NCBI GenBank assembly: GCA_016929525.1
Contig: JAFGIP010000051.1
Span: forward strand, 62,162-126,161
Source: Bacteroidales bacterium
GTDB taxonomy: Bacteria > Bacteroidota > Bacteroidia > Bacteroidales > UBA10428
DNA: 64,000 bases
Direction: 5' to 3'
The position numbers and the translations under genes are program-made. This document shows, one piece after another, positions 38,392 through 48,048 of the stretch; within the stretch, counting starts at the first letter, position 1, and the number at the start of each line of letters is the position of its first letter. The notes below the pieces were generated by a model that saw only the letters and a program-made list of their open reading frames with translations, made no database searches and was not told the origin of the DNA.

Positions 38392-39402
38392 TTATACTTT
38401 AGCCGTTTTAACCGTTTTAATTATTCTTGCAGCAACTTTGTAAGGATCTGCATTCGAAGCTGGTCTTCTGTCTTCCAGCCTTCCCTTCCAACCATTTTCA
38501 ACGGTGCTTATGGGTATACGGATAGAAGCTCCCCTGTCGGATACTCCATAGCTGAATTTATCAATTGATTGTGTTTCATGCCTGCCTGTAAGTCTTTTCT
38601 CGTTACCGGCACCATAAACAGCAATGTGTTCAGGAATATGTTTTTCAAATTCTTTACATATAGCTTCAAATACTTTTCTGTCACTACAAGTTCTCATTAA
38701 ACCGTTAGAAAAATTAGCATGCATACCGGAGCCGTTCCAGTCACCTTCTACAGGTTTTGGGTGAAGATTTATTCTAACACCATATTTTTCACCTACTTTT
38801 TCAGCAATATAACGGGCTACCCAAACTTCATCACCGGCAGCCTTTGCACCTTTTGTAAAAACCTGGTATTCCCACTGTCCTTTCATCACTTCTGCATTTA
38901 TACCTTCTATATTAATTCCTGCTTCAATGCATAAGTCAAGATGCTCTTCAACTATTTCGCGACCTACATTGTATTCTGCACCTACAGAACAATAGAAAGG
39001 TCCCTGCGGAGGAGGATAGTAACCCGGAGCCGGGAATCCGAGAGGCGTGTGGTGATCAAGATCCCAAAGTACATATTCCTGTTCAAAACCAAACCAGAAG
39101 TCAGCGTCGTCATCATCAATAGTAGCTCTACCATTTGATGCATGCGGAGTACCATCTGCATTGAGAACTTCTGTCATTACCAGCCAACCATTGTTTCTTG
39201 ACGGATCGGGAAATAATGCAACAGGTTTCAATAAACAGTCGGAATCATTACCTGCGGCTTGTTCTGTTGATGAACCATCGAATGACCAAACAGGGCATGA
39301 TTTTAATTTTCCATCAAAATCGGCAACCACCAGCGTTTTACTTCTCATGGTCTGTGTGGGCTTGTAACCATCAAGCCAAATGTACTCGAGCTTTGCTTTC
39401 AT
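38392..39402 (-). CDS. Glutamine synthetase, type II-like (short eukaryote-like form)
   Basis: 336 aa. KLEYIWLDG N-terminus, FGFEQEY, QWEYQV, GSGMHANFS and ASIRIP motifs. Confidence 0.88.
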   Translation of the reverse strand: MKAKLEYIWLDGYKPTQTMRSKTLVVADFDGKLKSCPVWSFDGSSTEQAAGNDSDCLLKPVALFPDPSRNNGWLVMTEVLNADGTPHASNGRATIDDDDADFWFGFEQEYVLWDLDHHTPLGFPAPGYYPPPQGPFYCSVGAEYNVGREIVEEHLDLCIEAGINIEGINAEVMKGQWEYQVFTKGAKAAGDEVWVARYIAEKVGEKYGVRINLHPKPVEGDWNGSGMHANFSNGLMRTCSDRKVFEAICKEFEKHIPEHIAVYGAGNEKRLTGRHETQSIDKFSYGVSDRGASIRIPISTVENGWKGRLEDRRPASNADPYKVAARIIKTVKTAKV

Positions 39403-39451
39403 AATATCGCTTTTAATAAGTTATTGATTAATAATTTCTATTTTATGAGTA

Positions 39452-39459
39452 CAAATGTA
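39452..39459 (-). promoter_or_regulatory. Bacteroidota -7 promoter box for the GSII gene
   Basis: CAAAtgTA on the + strand (TAcaTTTG on -), 50 nt upstream of the ATG at 39402. Confidence 0.45.
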
Positions 39460-39745
39460 ATAATAAATTTCAAATATGACACAAAATTATACGAATCCTT
39501 AAAAAAGATAGGGTATAAATTACAAAGTTGTAACTAAATTCGATGTATACCCTATAAATTTAGGGGTATTATTCATGTAAATATTAAATATCAATAAAAA
39601 ACAGTTTAAAAGATATAAATTTGATAGGGTTGTTAAGTTTAACGGGGTAATTAATTATATATAGAAAATGTTCTTACAGATCGACTTCCGGATCATAAAA
39701 AATATGTTTTTTGATTTGGGAATTTAAGTATGAAAAAGGAGATAA

Positions 39746-40357
39746 CTAATTTTTTACCATATCTGTGAAATTATTTTGGAAAACACTTACAAGTTCATCA
39801 TGCAGTATGGCAATTCTTTCATGTTTTTCAATAATTTCTTCAGTCATTTTCGAAATATAACCTTCAGTATTTAGCTCTGCGTCTTTACAGGAAATTAGTT
39901 CAATAATAATCTTTTCAGTTTCAATAAATACTAGTTTCAGGTTTTGTATTATTTTGATAATATTTTCCGGCAACAGTTTTTTTGCTTCAGTCTGCATTTT
40001 CTTATATTCTGTAATAAGTCTATGCATATCTGGTTTAAGTGATTTTAATATCTGGATGTCATCTTGTTTTAATGAAATATATTCCTGCTGTTCTCTTTCT
40101 AGGCTCATAAGTTCCGATCGCGCTTTCTGTACGATGTTACGCATCTTAATTGTATGGTTCAGAGCAATTTTAAAAGACTTAAGCCAATTCTCTTTATATT
40201 TAAATTCATTCTGGAGTGCATCAGGTAATGGTTTCTTGCGTAGATTTTCGGGAATGTAGAATTTGGTTTTTCCATACTCCAGGATTATCATAATATAATA
40301 TATTATTCCTCCCAGAAGAACAATTAATCCAAATATTATAAGTGCTGTTCTAGTCAA
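39746..40357 (-). CDS. Hypothetical N-terminally anchored coiled-coil protein
   Basis: 203-aa ORF. One TM helix (ALIIFGLIVLLGGIIYYIMIIL), then K/E/Q-rich helical sequence. No family recognised. Confidence 0.45.
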   Translation of the reverse strand: MTRTALIIFGLIVLLGGIIYYIMIILEYGKTKFYIPENLRKKPLPDALQNEFKYKENWLKSFKIALNHTIKMRNIVQKARSELMSLEREQQEYISLKQDDIQILKSLKPDMHRLITEYKKMQTEAKKLLPENIIKIIQNLKLVFIETEKIIIELISCKDAELNTEGYISKMTEEIIEKHERIAILHDELVSVFQNNFTDMVKN

Positions 40358-40531
40358 TGAGATGCAAAAGTTTGATTAATACTTATGTTAATACAATATT
40401 TTATTGTTCTGAAGTTAAAACATACTAAAGTTATATCATTTAAGTTATTCAATGAACTGTTAGTTATTTACTTTCGGAATATTATTCAAATTGAGTTAAT
40501 TTTACGTAAATTATCATTAACCACTTATAAA

Positions 40532-42526
40532 ATGAGAATTCTGGCAACTTTAGTACTCTTCGCTCTTGTATTCGTGATAGCAAACGAAGTATATGCACAA
40601 AATAAAAGACTCCAGAGAGCCTACGAAACATATGAAGCAGGTGAGTACTATGAAGCTATTGATATTTTTAAAGATGCATATCAGAAGATTACTGATAAGA
40701 AAGAAAAAGTTAGGATAACCTTTCATATTGCTGAGTGTTACAGAAAGATCGATGATCCGAATCATGCTGCAATGTGGTATGGCAAGGTTGTAAAGAAGAA
40801 TTACGAAGATCCTGCAGCAACACTTTATTATGCAGATATGTTAAAAATGCTTGGGGATTACGAGGAAGCTAAACTTCAGTATCAGAATTATAAAGAACTG
40901 GTTCCCGGAGATCAAAAAGCTGCTGATGGGGTACTCTCTTGCGATTTAGCACTGGAGTGGATAGAATTCCCTAACGGTTATGTCGTAGAAGAGATGAAAT
41001 TCTTTAACTCAAAGATGAGCGATTACAGTCCGACTTATGCCCGAGAAGATTACAGGCAGATATATTTTACATCTACAAGAGAGGAAACTTTCGGAAAGAA
41101 AGAACATGGGGGCACCGGACAAAATTTTGCAGATATTTTTGAATCAACAATGGACAGAAAAGGAAAATGGAGTTCGCCAATTCCGTTATCTGAAGATATT
41201 AATACTGAGGGTGAGGAGGGTACTCCTTATATAACACTCGACTATAGTAAAATGTATTTTACAAGGTGTATGACCAGCAAGAATAAGACAATGGGATGCC
41301 AGATATATTTTGCTGAACGTAAAGGTGAGGACTGGGACAAGCCCGAATCACTTGATTTATTGGAAGACAGCATTGTAGCTGCACATCCTGCAATATCACC
41401 TGATGGTCTTACTTTATATTTTGTCTCTGATATGGATGGAAGTATTAAAGATCAAAACGGGAAAAGTAGCAAGGATATCTGGAAGGTAACCCGCGAATCG
41501 GAGTCGGAAGAATGGAGTGAACCGGTAAACCTGGGAAATCAGATTAATACTTCGGGTAATGAATTATTCCCTTACGTTCACGCAGATGGAACATTATACT
41601 TTTCTTCAAATGGACGTATAGGTATGGGTGGTCTGGATATTTTTAAGGCAAAATCAATTCCCGGTGGTAACTGGGAAATTGAAAATATGCGTTATCCGAT
41701 AAACAGCTCGGCCGATGATTTTGGAATTTGTTTCGAAACACGGCGGGAAGCCGGGTTTTTAAGTTCTTCAAGGAAAGGTAAGGTTGATGATATTTACATG
41801 TTCATGCTTCCACCTTTGAAATTCTCTATTACAGGTATCGTCAGAAATGAAAACACCAATGATCCGATTGAAGGAGCAACGGTTAAGTCAATCAGTAGTG
41901 ACGGAGTTACCCTTGAAGCAAAAACTACCGGTGATGGTGCATTTAAGTTTATGCTGAAACCTGGAACCGATTATGTATTTCTTGCTTCAAAGGAAGGATT
42001 CCTTAAGGGTAAAGAAAGAGAAACAACAAAAGGTAAAGAAACCAGTAGTGAATTCTCGGCAACAATTTATCTGCCCCCAATAGATAAAGTTATTAGAATT
42101 GAAAATATTTTCTTCGATTTTGCCAGTGCTGATCTCAGACCCGAGTCTACAGTATCGCTTGATAAGCTTGTTGAAACATTGAATGATAATCCAAATGTGG
42201 TAATTGAACTGGGCTCGCATACCGACAACAGAGGAAACGATGATTTTAACCTTGATTTATCTGAACGCAGAGCAAAGGCGGTCGTTGATTATCTTATTAT
42301 GAAAGGTATAAATACAGAACGTCTCGTTTCGAAGGGATATGGAGAAAATCAACCTAAGGTTGTTGATAAACGCGATCATGAATCGTATCCTTTCCTGCCG
42401 GAAGGACAGGTTCTAAATGCCACGTATATTAACTCTATTAAAGATGAAGACCTTCAGGAGCTGGCACATTTCCTTAATCGCCGGACAGAGTTTAAAGTGC
42501 TTCGGACAGACTATGTTGGGCAGTAG
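40532..42526 (+). CDS. OmpA family protein with TPR, TolB-like beta-propeller, CarboxypepD_reg-like and OmpA_C domains (PorE-like architecture)
   Basis: Start at MRILATLVLFALVFVIANEVYAQ; the AT-rich upstream extension of the ORF is unlikely to be coding. TPR (YEAGEYYEAIDIFK...); WD40-like repeats (SP.ISPDG.TLYF); GIVRNENTNDPIEGATV; OmpA_C (FFDFASADLRPES...ELGSHTDNRGNDDFNLDLSERRAKAV). Confidence 0.8.
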   Translation: MRILATLVLFALVFVIANEVYAQNKRLQRAYETYEAGEYYEAIDIFKDAYQKITDKKEKVRITFHIAECYRKIDDPNHAAMWYGKVVKKNYEDPAATLYYADMLKMLGDYEEAKLQYQNYKELVPGDQKAADGVLSCDLALEWIEFPNGYVVEEMKFFNSKMSDYSPTYAREDYRQIYFTSTREETFGKKEHGGTGQNFADIFESTMDRKGKWSSPIPLSEDINTEGEEGTPYITLDYSKMYFTRCMTSKNKTMGCQIYFAERKGEDWDKPESLDLLEDSIVAAHPAISPDGLTLYFVSDMDGSIKDQNGKSSKDIWKVTRESESEEWSEPVNLGNQINTSGNELFPYVHADGTLYFSSNGRIGMGGLDIFKAKSIPGGNWEIENMRYPINSSADDFGICFETRREAGFLSSSRKGKVDDIYMFMLPPLKFSITGIVRNENTNDPIEGATVKSISSDGVTLEAKTTGDGAFKFMLKPGTDYVFLASKEGFLKGKERETTKGKETSSEFSATIYLPPIDKVIRIENIFFDFASADLRPESTVSLDKLVETLNDNPNVVIELGSHTDNRGNDDFNLDLSERRAKAVVDYLIMKGINTERLVSKGYGENQPKVVDKRDHESYPFLPEGQVLNATYINSIKDEDLQELAHFLNRRTEFKVLRTDYVGQ

Positions 42527-42538
42527 TAGGTCTTATAT

Positions 42539-43057
42539 TTAATATTCCGGAAGGTCAAATCCGGTAAAGCTTATATCAGTTGTAGATTCGATATTACTTT
42601 CATGCCCCGCGCGGTCAACTATATAGAAATCATAACGAATAGTATCGTAATCGGGAAGGAAAAGGTAATATATATTTAATGTAACAGTTCCTCTGATTGT
42701 TGTATTCTGACCTACACGATCAAGTCTGTCATCGTGTTGAACAGTATAATTTAATGGAGGAGTAGTGGTGTCCGGTTCAATGAAATAATAAGTATCGTTT
42801 AATTTACCATATTCGCTGAGGAATATATTATATTCTTGTGGCTTTGTAGTATCGATATTAATACCAAAATCTGCATCACCATCAATAAATGAGAATTTCA
42901 ACTTTCCTAATAAAATATCATTACCCAGGTTATCATATCCTGCGGAAAGATCAAAGCTTATAAATTCAATCTCTGGAACAGGTGATACCGGTTCTGTTTC
43001 AATGCATGCGTATAATATTATCATTGTGCCGATAAAAATAAGCGCTAATCTTTTCAT
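42539..43057 (-). CDS. Hypothetical lipoprotein
   Basis: 172 aa. Lipobox signal MKRLALIFIGTMIILYAC. No family recognised. Confidence 0.5.
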   Translation of the reverse strand: MKRLALIFIGTMIILYACIETEPVSPVPEIEFISFDLSAGYDNLGNDILLGKLKFSFIDGDADFGINIDTTKPQEYNIFLSEYGKLNDTYYFIEPDTTTPPLNYTVQHDDRLDRVGQNTTIRGTVTLNIYYLFLPDYDTIRYDFYIVDRAGHESNIESTTDISFTGFDLPEY

Positions 43058-43062
43058 CCCAG

Positions 43063-44367
43063 TTACTTTTTTCGCATATATATTCGCACAGGTGTTCCTG
43101 TAAAGTTAAAATATTCCCGCAACTGATTTTCAAGAAATCTTTTATAAGGTTCTTTTATATACTGCGGCAGATTGCAGAAAAATGCAAACGAAGGAGCTTT
43201 CCCTGGTAGCTGGGTTACATATTTTATTCTGATATATTTACCCTTGGTTGAAGGTGGGGGATTTTTTTCAATGATTTCTAGCATAACATCGTTTAATTTG
43301 GAAGTCGGAATTCTTTGCTGTCTGTTCTTGTATACATTAATGGCTGTTTCCAATACTTTGTGAATACGTTGTTTTGTTAAGGCTGAAGTGAAAATTATTG
43401 GCACATCGGTAAAAGGTGCAATCCTGTTTCGGATGTTCTTCTCAAATTCTTTTGTAGTATAGGTATCCTTTTCAACGAGGTCCCACTTATTAACGAGAAT
43501 TACAACTCCTGTGTAGTTCCTTAACGCTAACCCTATGATGTTTATATCCTGTGATTCAATTCCTAAAGTAGCATCAATCAAGACAAGGCACACATCAGAA
43601 CTTTCAATGGCCCTTACTGAACGTATAACCGAGTAGAATTCCAGATCTTCATGAACCTTTCCTTTTTTTCTTAATCCTGCCGTATCGACCAGGTAGAAAT
43701 CATAACCATATTTATTATAGCGGGTAAATATTGAATCGCGTGTTGTTCCCGATATTGGTGTCACAATATGTCTTTCTTCCCCGATTAGTGCATTCAGCAG
43801 CGATGATTTACCAACATTTGGTCTTCCAACAATAGCAAATTTTGGCAGGTTCTCAGTTTTAACGTTACTCTGTTTTCTGAAAGTCTTAACAAGATTATCG
43901 AGTAATTCTCCTGTGCCGCTTCCGTTAATTGAGGATATACAATAGATATCTCCCAGACCAAGACGATAAAATTCCTGTGCTTCATACTGTCTTTCACCAG
44001 TATCAACTTTATTCACCGCAAGTAAAACAGGTTTACTCACCTTGCGAAGCATTTCTGTCACTGATTCATCCAGGTCGGTTACTCCCGTAACAACATCAAC
44101 CATGAAAATTATAGAGTCAGCTTCTTCTATTGCCAATATGACCTGTTTTTTAATTTCTGCCTCAAACATATCGTCGGGACTGGTTACATATCCACCTGTA
44201 TCTATAACTGAGAATTCTACACCATTCCAAACTGATTTACCATACTGGCGGTCACGTGTAACACCTTCCATCTCATCGACAATGGCATTTCGGGATTCGG
44301 TTAACCGATTAAAAAGTGTCGATTTCCCAACATTTGGTCTACCTACTATGGCTGCTATATTTCCCAA
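43063..44367 (-). CDS. der: Ribosome-biogenesis GTPase Der (EngA)
   Basis: 434 aa. Two G domains (GRPNVGKST twice, DTGG/DTAG, NKVD/NKWD) and a KH-like C-terminus. Confidence 0.95.
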   Translation of the reverse strand: MGNIAAIVGRPNVGKSTLFNRLTESRNAIVDEMEGVTRDRQYGKSVWNGVEFSVIDTGGYVTSPDDMFEAEIKKQVILAIEEADSIIFMVDVVTGVTDLDESVTEMLRKVSKPVLLAVNKVDTGERQYEAQEFYRLGLGDIYCISSINGSGTGELLDNLVKTFRKQSNVKTENLPKFAIVGRPNVGKSSLLNALIGEERHIVTPISGTTRDSIFTRYNKYGYDFYLVDTAGLRKKGKVHEDLEFYSVIRSVRAIESSDVCLVLIDATLGIESQDINIIGLALRNYTGVVILVNKWDLVEKDTYTTKEFEKNIRNRIAPFTDVPIIFTSALTKQRIHKVLETAINVYKNRQQRIPTSKLNDVMLEIIEKNPPPSTKGKYIRIKYVTQLPGKAPSFAFFCNLPQYIKEPYKRFLENQLREYFNFTGTPVRIYMRKK

Positions 44368-44388
44368 GTTAATTTCTTTAGAAAATGG

Positions 44389-44694
44389 TTAAAAGGTATG
44401 ATCAATAGCCGATCGCTGCAAATTTAAAGATTTGAAATATTGAACAACTTCCAGGTGATCGGGATAGTCCTGATAAGTGCTTAGATATTCAAGGGAATTA
44501 AAAGTTGTCTCGAGAATTGTATCGCAGTTCTGTTCAGAGGTATCCGTATGATTGATATGTACATGCAGAGAAAGAAGTTCATCCACTTTATCTATTAGAC
44601 TTTCCAGTTTGTGCCTGAGCTCATTACAGATTTTATCTTTTTCATCTTTTGAATAGCTCTCATCTAATTTCCACATTACACGATGTATGATCAT
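44389..44694 (-). CDS. Dabb (stress-responsive alpha/beta barrel) family protein
   Basis: Start placed at MIIHRVMWKL. The YQDYPDHLEVV segment fits the Dabb Y..HP.H..V signature. The ORF extends to 44724. Confidence 0.6.
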   Translation of the reverse strand: MIIHRVMWKLDESYSKDEKDKICNELRHKLESLIDKVDELLSLHVHINHTDTSEQNCDTILETTFNSLEYLSTYQDYPDHLEVVQYFKSLNLQRSAIDHTF

Positions 44695-44704
44695 ATCATT
44701 ATTT

Positions 44705-45586
44705 TTAAGATTTATTATATCCAAATCTTTTCAATTGGTTTTCCTTATCGCGCCAGTCTTTCATAACTTTCACATAAATTTCAAGATATACCTTCTTATC
44801 GAAAAACGCTTCAATGTCTTTTCTTGCTTCGGTTCCAACTTTTTTTAGCGAGCTTCCTTTATGCCCGATAATTATTCCCTTTTGTGATTCGCGCATAACA
44901 TAAACATTTGTTAATATGCGGATTATATCTCTTTCTTCTTTAAATGATTCAACATCGACTTCAACAGAATAAGGTATTTCTTTCTGGTAATACATGAATA
45001 TCTTTTCCCTGATTATTTCAGATACAATAAACCTTTCCGTTTTATCAGTCAGAGAATCTTTCGGGTAATATTCAGGTACTTCGGGCAGAAGTGATATAAT
45101 TTTATCGAATAGTAATGAAAGATTTACCTTTTCCAGTGCCGAAACGGGTAAAATTTCTGCTTTAGGTAATATTTCATGCCATGTTTCAACTAATTTTATA
45201 AGGTTTTCTTCGCTGGTGAGATCTATTTTATTGATGAGTAGTAAAACCGGAACGTTGCTCTTTTTTACTTTATCGATATATTCCTGGTTTTTATCGTATT
45301 TTTCGACTGGGTCGGTTACATAAAGTATAATATCGGCATCTATAAAAGCATTATTTACAGATTTCAGCATCGATTCCTGTAACTTGTAATTCGGTTTCAG
45401 AATTCCGGGAGTATCGGAATAAATAATCTGAAAATCTTCACCATTTACAATTCCCATTATCCTGTGTCGTGTAGTTTGCGCTTTCGAAGTAATGATTGAA
45501 AGCTTCTCACCGACAAGGGCATTCATCAATGTTGACTTACCGACATTGGGATTACCAATAATATTTACATATCCTGATTTATGCAT
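44705..45586 (-). CDS. era: GTPase Era
   Basis: 293 aa. GNPNVGKST, DTPG and NKID motifs, and a C-terminal KH domain (VMRESQKGIIIGHKGSSLKKVG). Confidence 0.95.
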   Translation of the reverse strand: MHKSGYVNIIGNPNVGKSTLMNALVGEKLSIITSKAQTTRHRIMGIVNGEDFQIIYSDTPGILKPNYKLQESMLKSVNNAFIDADIILYVTDPVEKYDKNQEYIDKVKKSNVPVLLLINKIDLTSEENLIKLVETWHEILPKAEILPVSALEKVNLSLLFDKIISLLPEVPEYYPKDSLTDKTERFIVSEIIREKIFMYYQKEIPYSVEVDVESFKEERDIIRILTNVYVMRESQKGIIIGHKGSSLKKVGTEARKDIEAFFDKKVYLEIYVKVMKDWRDKENQLKRFGYNKS

Positions 45587-45608
45587 TTTACAGTCCCGAA
45601 ATGGATTG

Positions 45609-45616
45609 CAAATATA
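45609..45616 (-). promoter_or_regulatory. Bacteroidota -7 promoter box for era
   Basis: CAAAtaTA on the + strand (TAtaTTTG on -), 23 nt upstream of the ATG at 45586. Confidence 0.45.
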
Positions 45617-45702
45617 CTACATACGATAGATTTTGAAATTTTCATCTTCATATATAATTTCCAAATCAAGGTTAATGCCTTTTCCATCAGTAGTTTTAAG
45701 TA

Positions 45703-46975
45703 TTACGGCATATTGGCATCCCAGCGCTTTAATTTTTCCTTGTATTCAGGTTTTTGTAAATCATTATTATTGGTTCTCCAACCTTTTCTGTGGGCAAGGT
45801 ACAAAGCTGTCGGATCGTCGCCTGCATTAATTGTTATAAGATCTTCGCGATTGCTTACTTTATCCATTACGTTTTCAAGTTCCATCAAAGTCCACCTTTC
45901 TTTTCGTGGTGAAAATTTAGTCCATGTGTTAAGTACGTTTTCCATACATATAGTAATTATAATGGTAAGATATAGCCAGTGAACCTTTATCTGGTTAACG
46001 GCATAACCCGCTATTAAAGCCATAACAGGTACAAAGGGTATAATATAATAATTATGAACGGCGAATTTATGACCTGTTTTAAGAAGTGCCGGTATAAAAG
46101 CGACGAAACCAATTATGAATACGAATATTATCCTTTTGTTTTTTTTATAGATCGAAATAATTAAACCGCCCATAAATGCTATAAAACCTGTTATCATCAT
46201 AGCGGAACGATGAAAACGTTTCAGTGTCTCGGCTAGATTGTCGTAAATTTCTTTTGCTCCTTTGCTTACTGAAACCCCCATAAAAAAATGTCTGAACGAG
46301 TATTTCTCGAAGAGATATGGTACCCAGTAAAAATACCAGAATGTAACCGATGCTAAAAAAATTATTGAAGTTAAACAAAGGACTATTTCGTTTTTCAGCA
46401 ATACTTTTTTATTTAAAAGCGAAACGATTAAAAAAACCAGAATATATCCGGTGTGAATTTTAGAAAGTATACCTATGCCAGCCAGAAAAAGATATAATAT
46501 TAAGTTAACTGCCAGTTTTTTGTTTTCAAGAAATTCAATTCCATGAAATAATCCCGCAAGTGCAAGTGAAGTTGAAAAAGTATCTGGCATTGTCTTACGG
46601 GAATATGCAAACTAAATAGAAAATGTCAGTAGGATGGTAGCGTTGAAAGCAATATTCTTATCAAAGAATTTAAGAACCATCCTAAAGAAATACCAACATC
46701 CTATGGTAGATATTACCAGATTGATCATCCTTCCATACCAGCGATACCAGGTAGATGAGATAGTTCAGAATCGGGAATTCCATTCCTGTTATTCCGGATT
46801 TTTCTCCGGCGAAGTCCAGCCGGGGATAAAGGATATTAACTTCAATTTCATAGAAGTTCCTGGCCCCCATTAAAACAGTTGTTTGACACCAGCTATGTTG
46901 CGTTTCTATTGGGGGTTGTGTAATATGAAATAACCTGATTATGAAAAAGATTAAAAGCCAGAATTTCGCCGACAT
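45703..46975 (-). pseudogene. Disrupted GT-C fold glycosyltransferase (GT39/ArnT/PMT_2-like): one frameshift plus one in-frame TAG
   Basis: ORFs 46682-46975 and 45703-46590 are consecutive pieces of one membrane glycosyltransferase. The frame of the downstream ORF stays open upstream as ...GRMINLVISTIGCWYFFRMVLKFFDKNIAFNATILLTFSI*FAYSRKTMPDTFSTSLALAGLF. The TAG is at 46612-46614. The two frames differ by 1 nt and switch near 46725-46745. Confidence 0.7.
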
Positions 46976-47004
46976 ATTTTTTATTGAGGGTCATATTCGT
47001 TGTA

Positions 47005-48042
47005 TTATATTTCACGTCCTTCGATATATTTTTCCCATTTGTCTACTACGGTCTGCATATCGTCTGGCAGTTCTGTTGAAAAGAACATATTTTCCCCGGT
47101 TACAGGATGTGTAAACCCTAATGTCATGGCATGCAGTGCTTGTCGGGGTATGATTTTAAAGCAATTATTTACAAACTGTTTATACTTTGTGAAAGTGGTA
47201 CCTTTCAGGATCTCATGACCTCCATATCGTTCATCGTTAAAAATCGGGTGGCCAATATATGCGAGATGAACCCTTATCTGGTGTGTGCGTCCTGTTTCGA
47301 GTTTACATTCTATAAGGCTGACATATCCCAATGACTTAATAACTTTATAGTGTGTGACCGCATATTTACCCTCATTTCCATCCGGGAACACTTGCATTTT
47401 TAACCGGTCCCTGATATTACGTCCTATGTTTCCTTCAATGGTTCCTTCATCTTCATCAAAACTTCCCCATACAAGTGCAACATATTTTCTGTCTGTCTTA
47501 CGCTCGAAAAACTGCTTGGCCAGGTGACTCAGACAAACTTCATTTTTTGCAATAACCAGTAATCCGGATGTGTCTTTATCAATACGATGCACCAAACCCG
47601 GTCTGGTATCGCCCCCTGAGAACAACGGATTATCTTTCAGATGGTACGCCAGGGCATTAACGAGTGTTCCCCCATAATTCCCATGCCCCGGGTGCACAAC
47701 CATACCTGCTTCTTTATTTACTACTATCAGAACATCATCCTCATATACGATATTTATAGGTATGTCTTCGGGAATTAGTTCAAGTTCATGGGGTGGATGA
47801 GGTAATACAATCGAGATAATATCATCGGGCTTAACTTTATAATTTGATCTTACCGGTTTTTCGTTTACCAGTATATTACCGGCTTGCGCAGCAGCCTGAA
47901 TTTTTGACCGTGAAATGCTGTCTAATTTTTGATACAGGAATTTATCGATCCGAAGAAGACTTTGTCCTTTATCGGCAATAATTCTGTGATGTTCGTAAAG
48001 TTCAGAGCTGTCGCTTGTTTCAATTGTATCAAATTTATCCAA
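47005..48042 (-). CDS. rluD: RluA/RluD-family 23S rRNA pseudouridine synthase
   Basis: 345 aa. S4 domain (RIDKFLYQKL), catalytic GLVHRIDKDTSGLL, and HQIRVH. Confidence 0.9.
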   Translation of the reverse strand: MDKFDTIETSDSSELYEHHRIIADKGQSLLRIDKFLYQKLDSISRSKIQAAAQAGNILVNEKPVRSNYKVKPDDIISIVLPHPPHELELIPEDIPINIVYEDDVLIVVNKEAGMVVHPGHGNYGGTLVNALAYHLKDNPLFSGGDTRPGLVHRIDKDTSGLLVIAKNEVCLSHLAKQFFERKTDRKYVALVWGSFDEDEGTIEGNIGRNIRDRLKMQVFPDGNEGKYAVTHYKVIKSLGYVSLIECKLETGRTHQIRVHLAYIGHPIFNDERYGGHEILKGTTFTKYKQFVNNCFKIIPRQALHAMTLGFTHPVTGENMFFSTELPDDMQTVVDKWEKYIEGREI

Positions 48043-48048
48043 ACCCGA

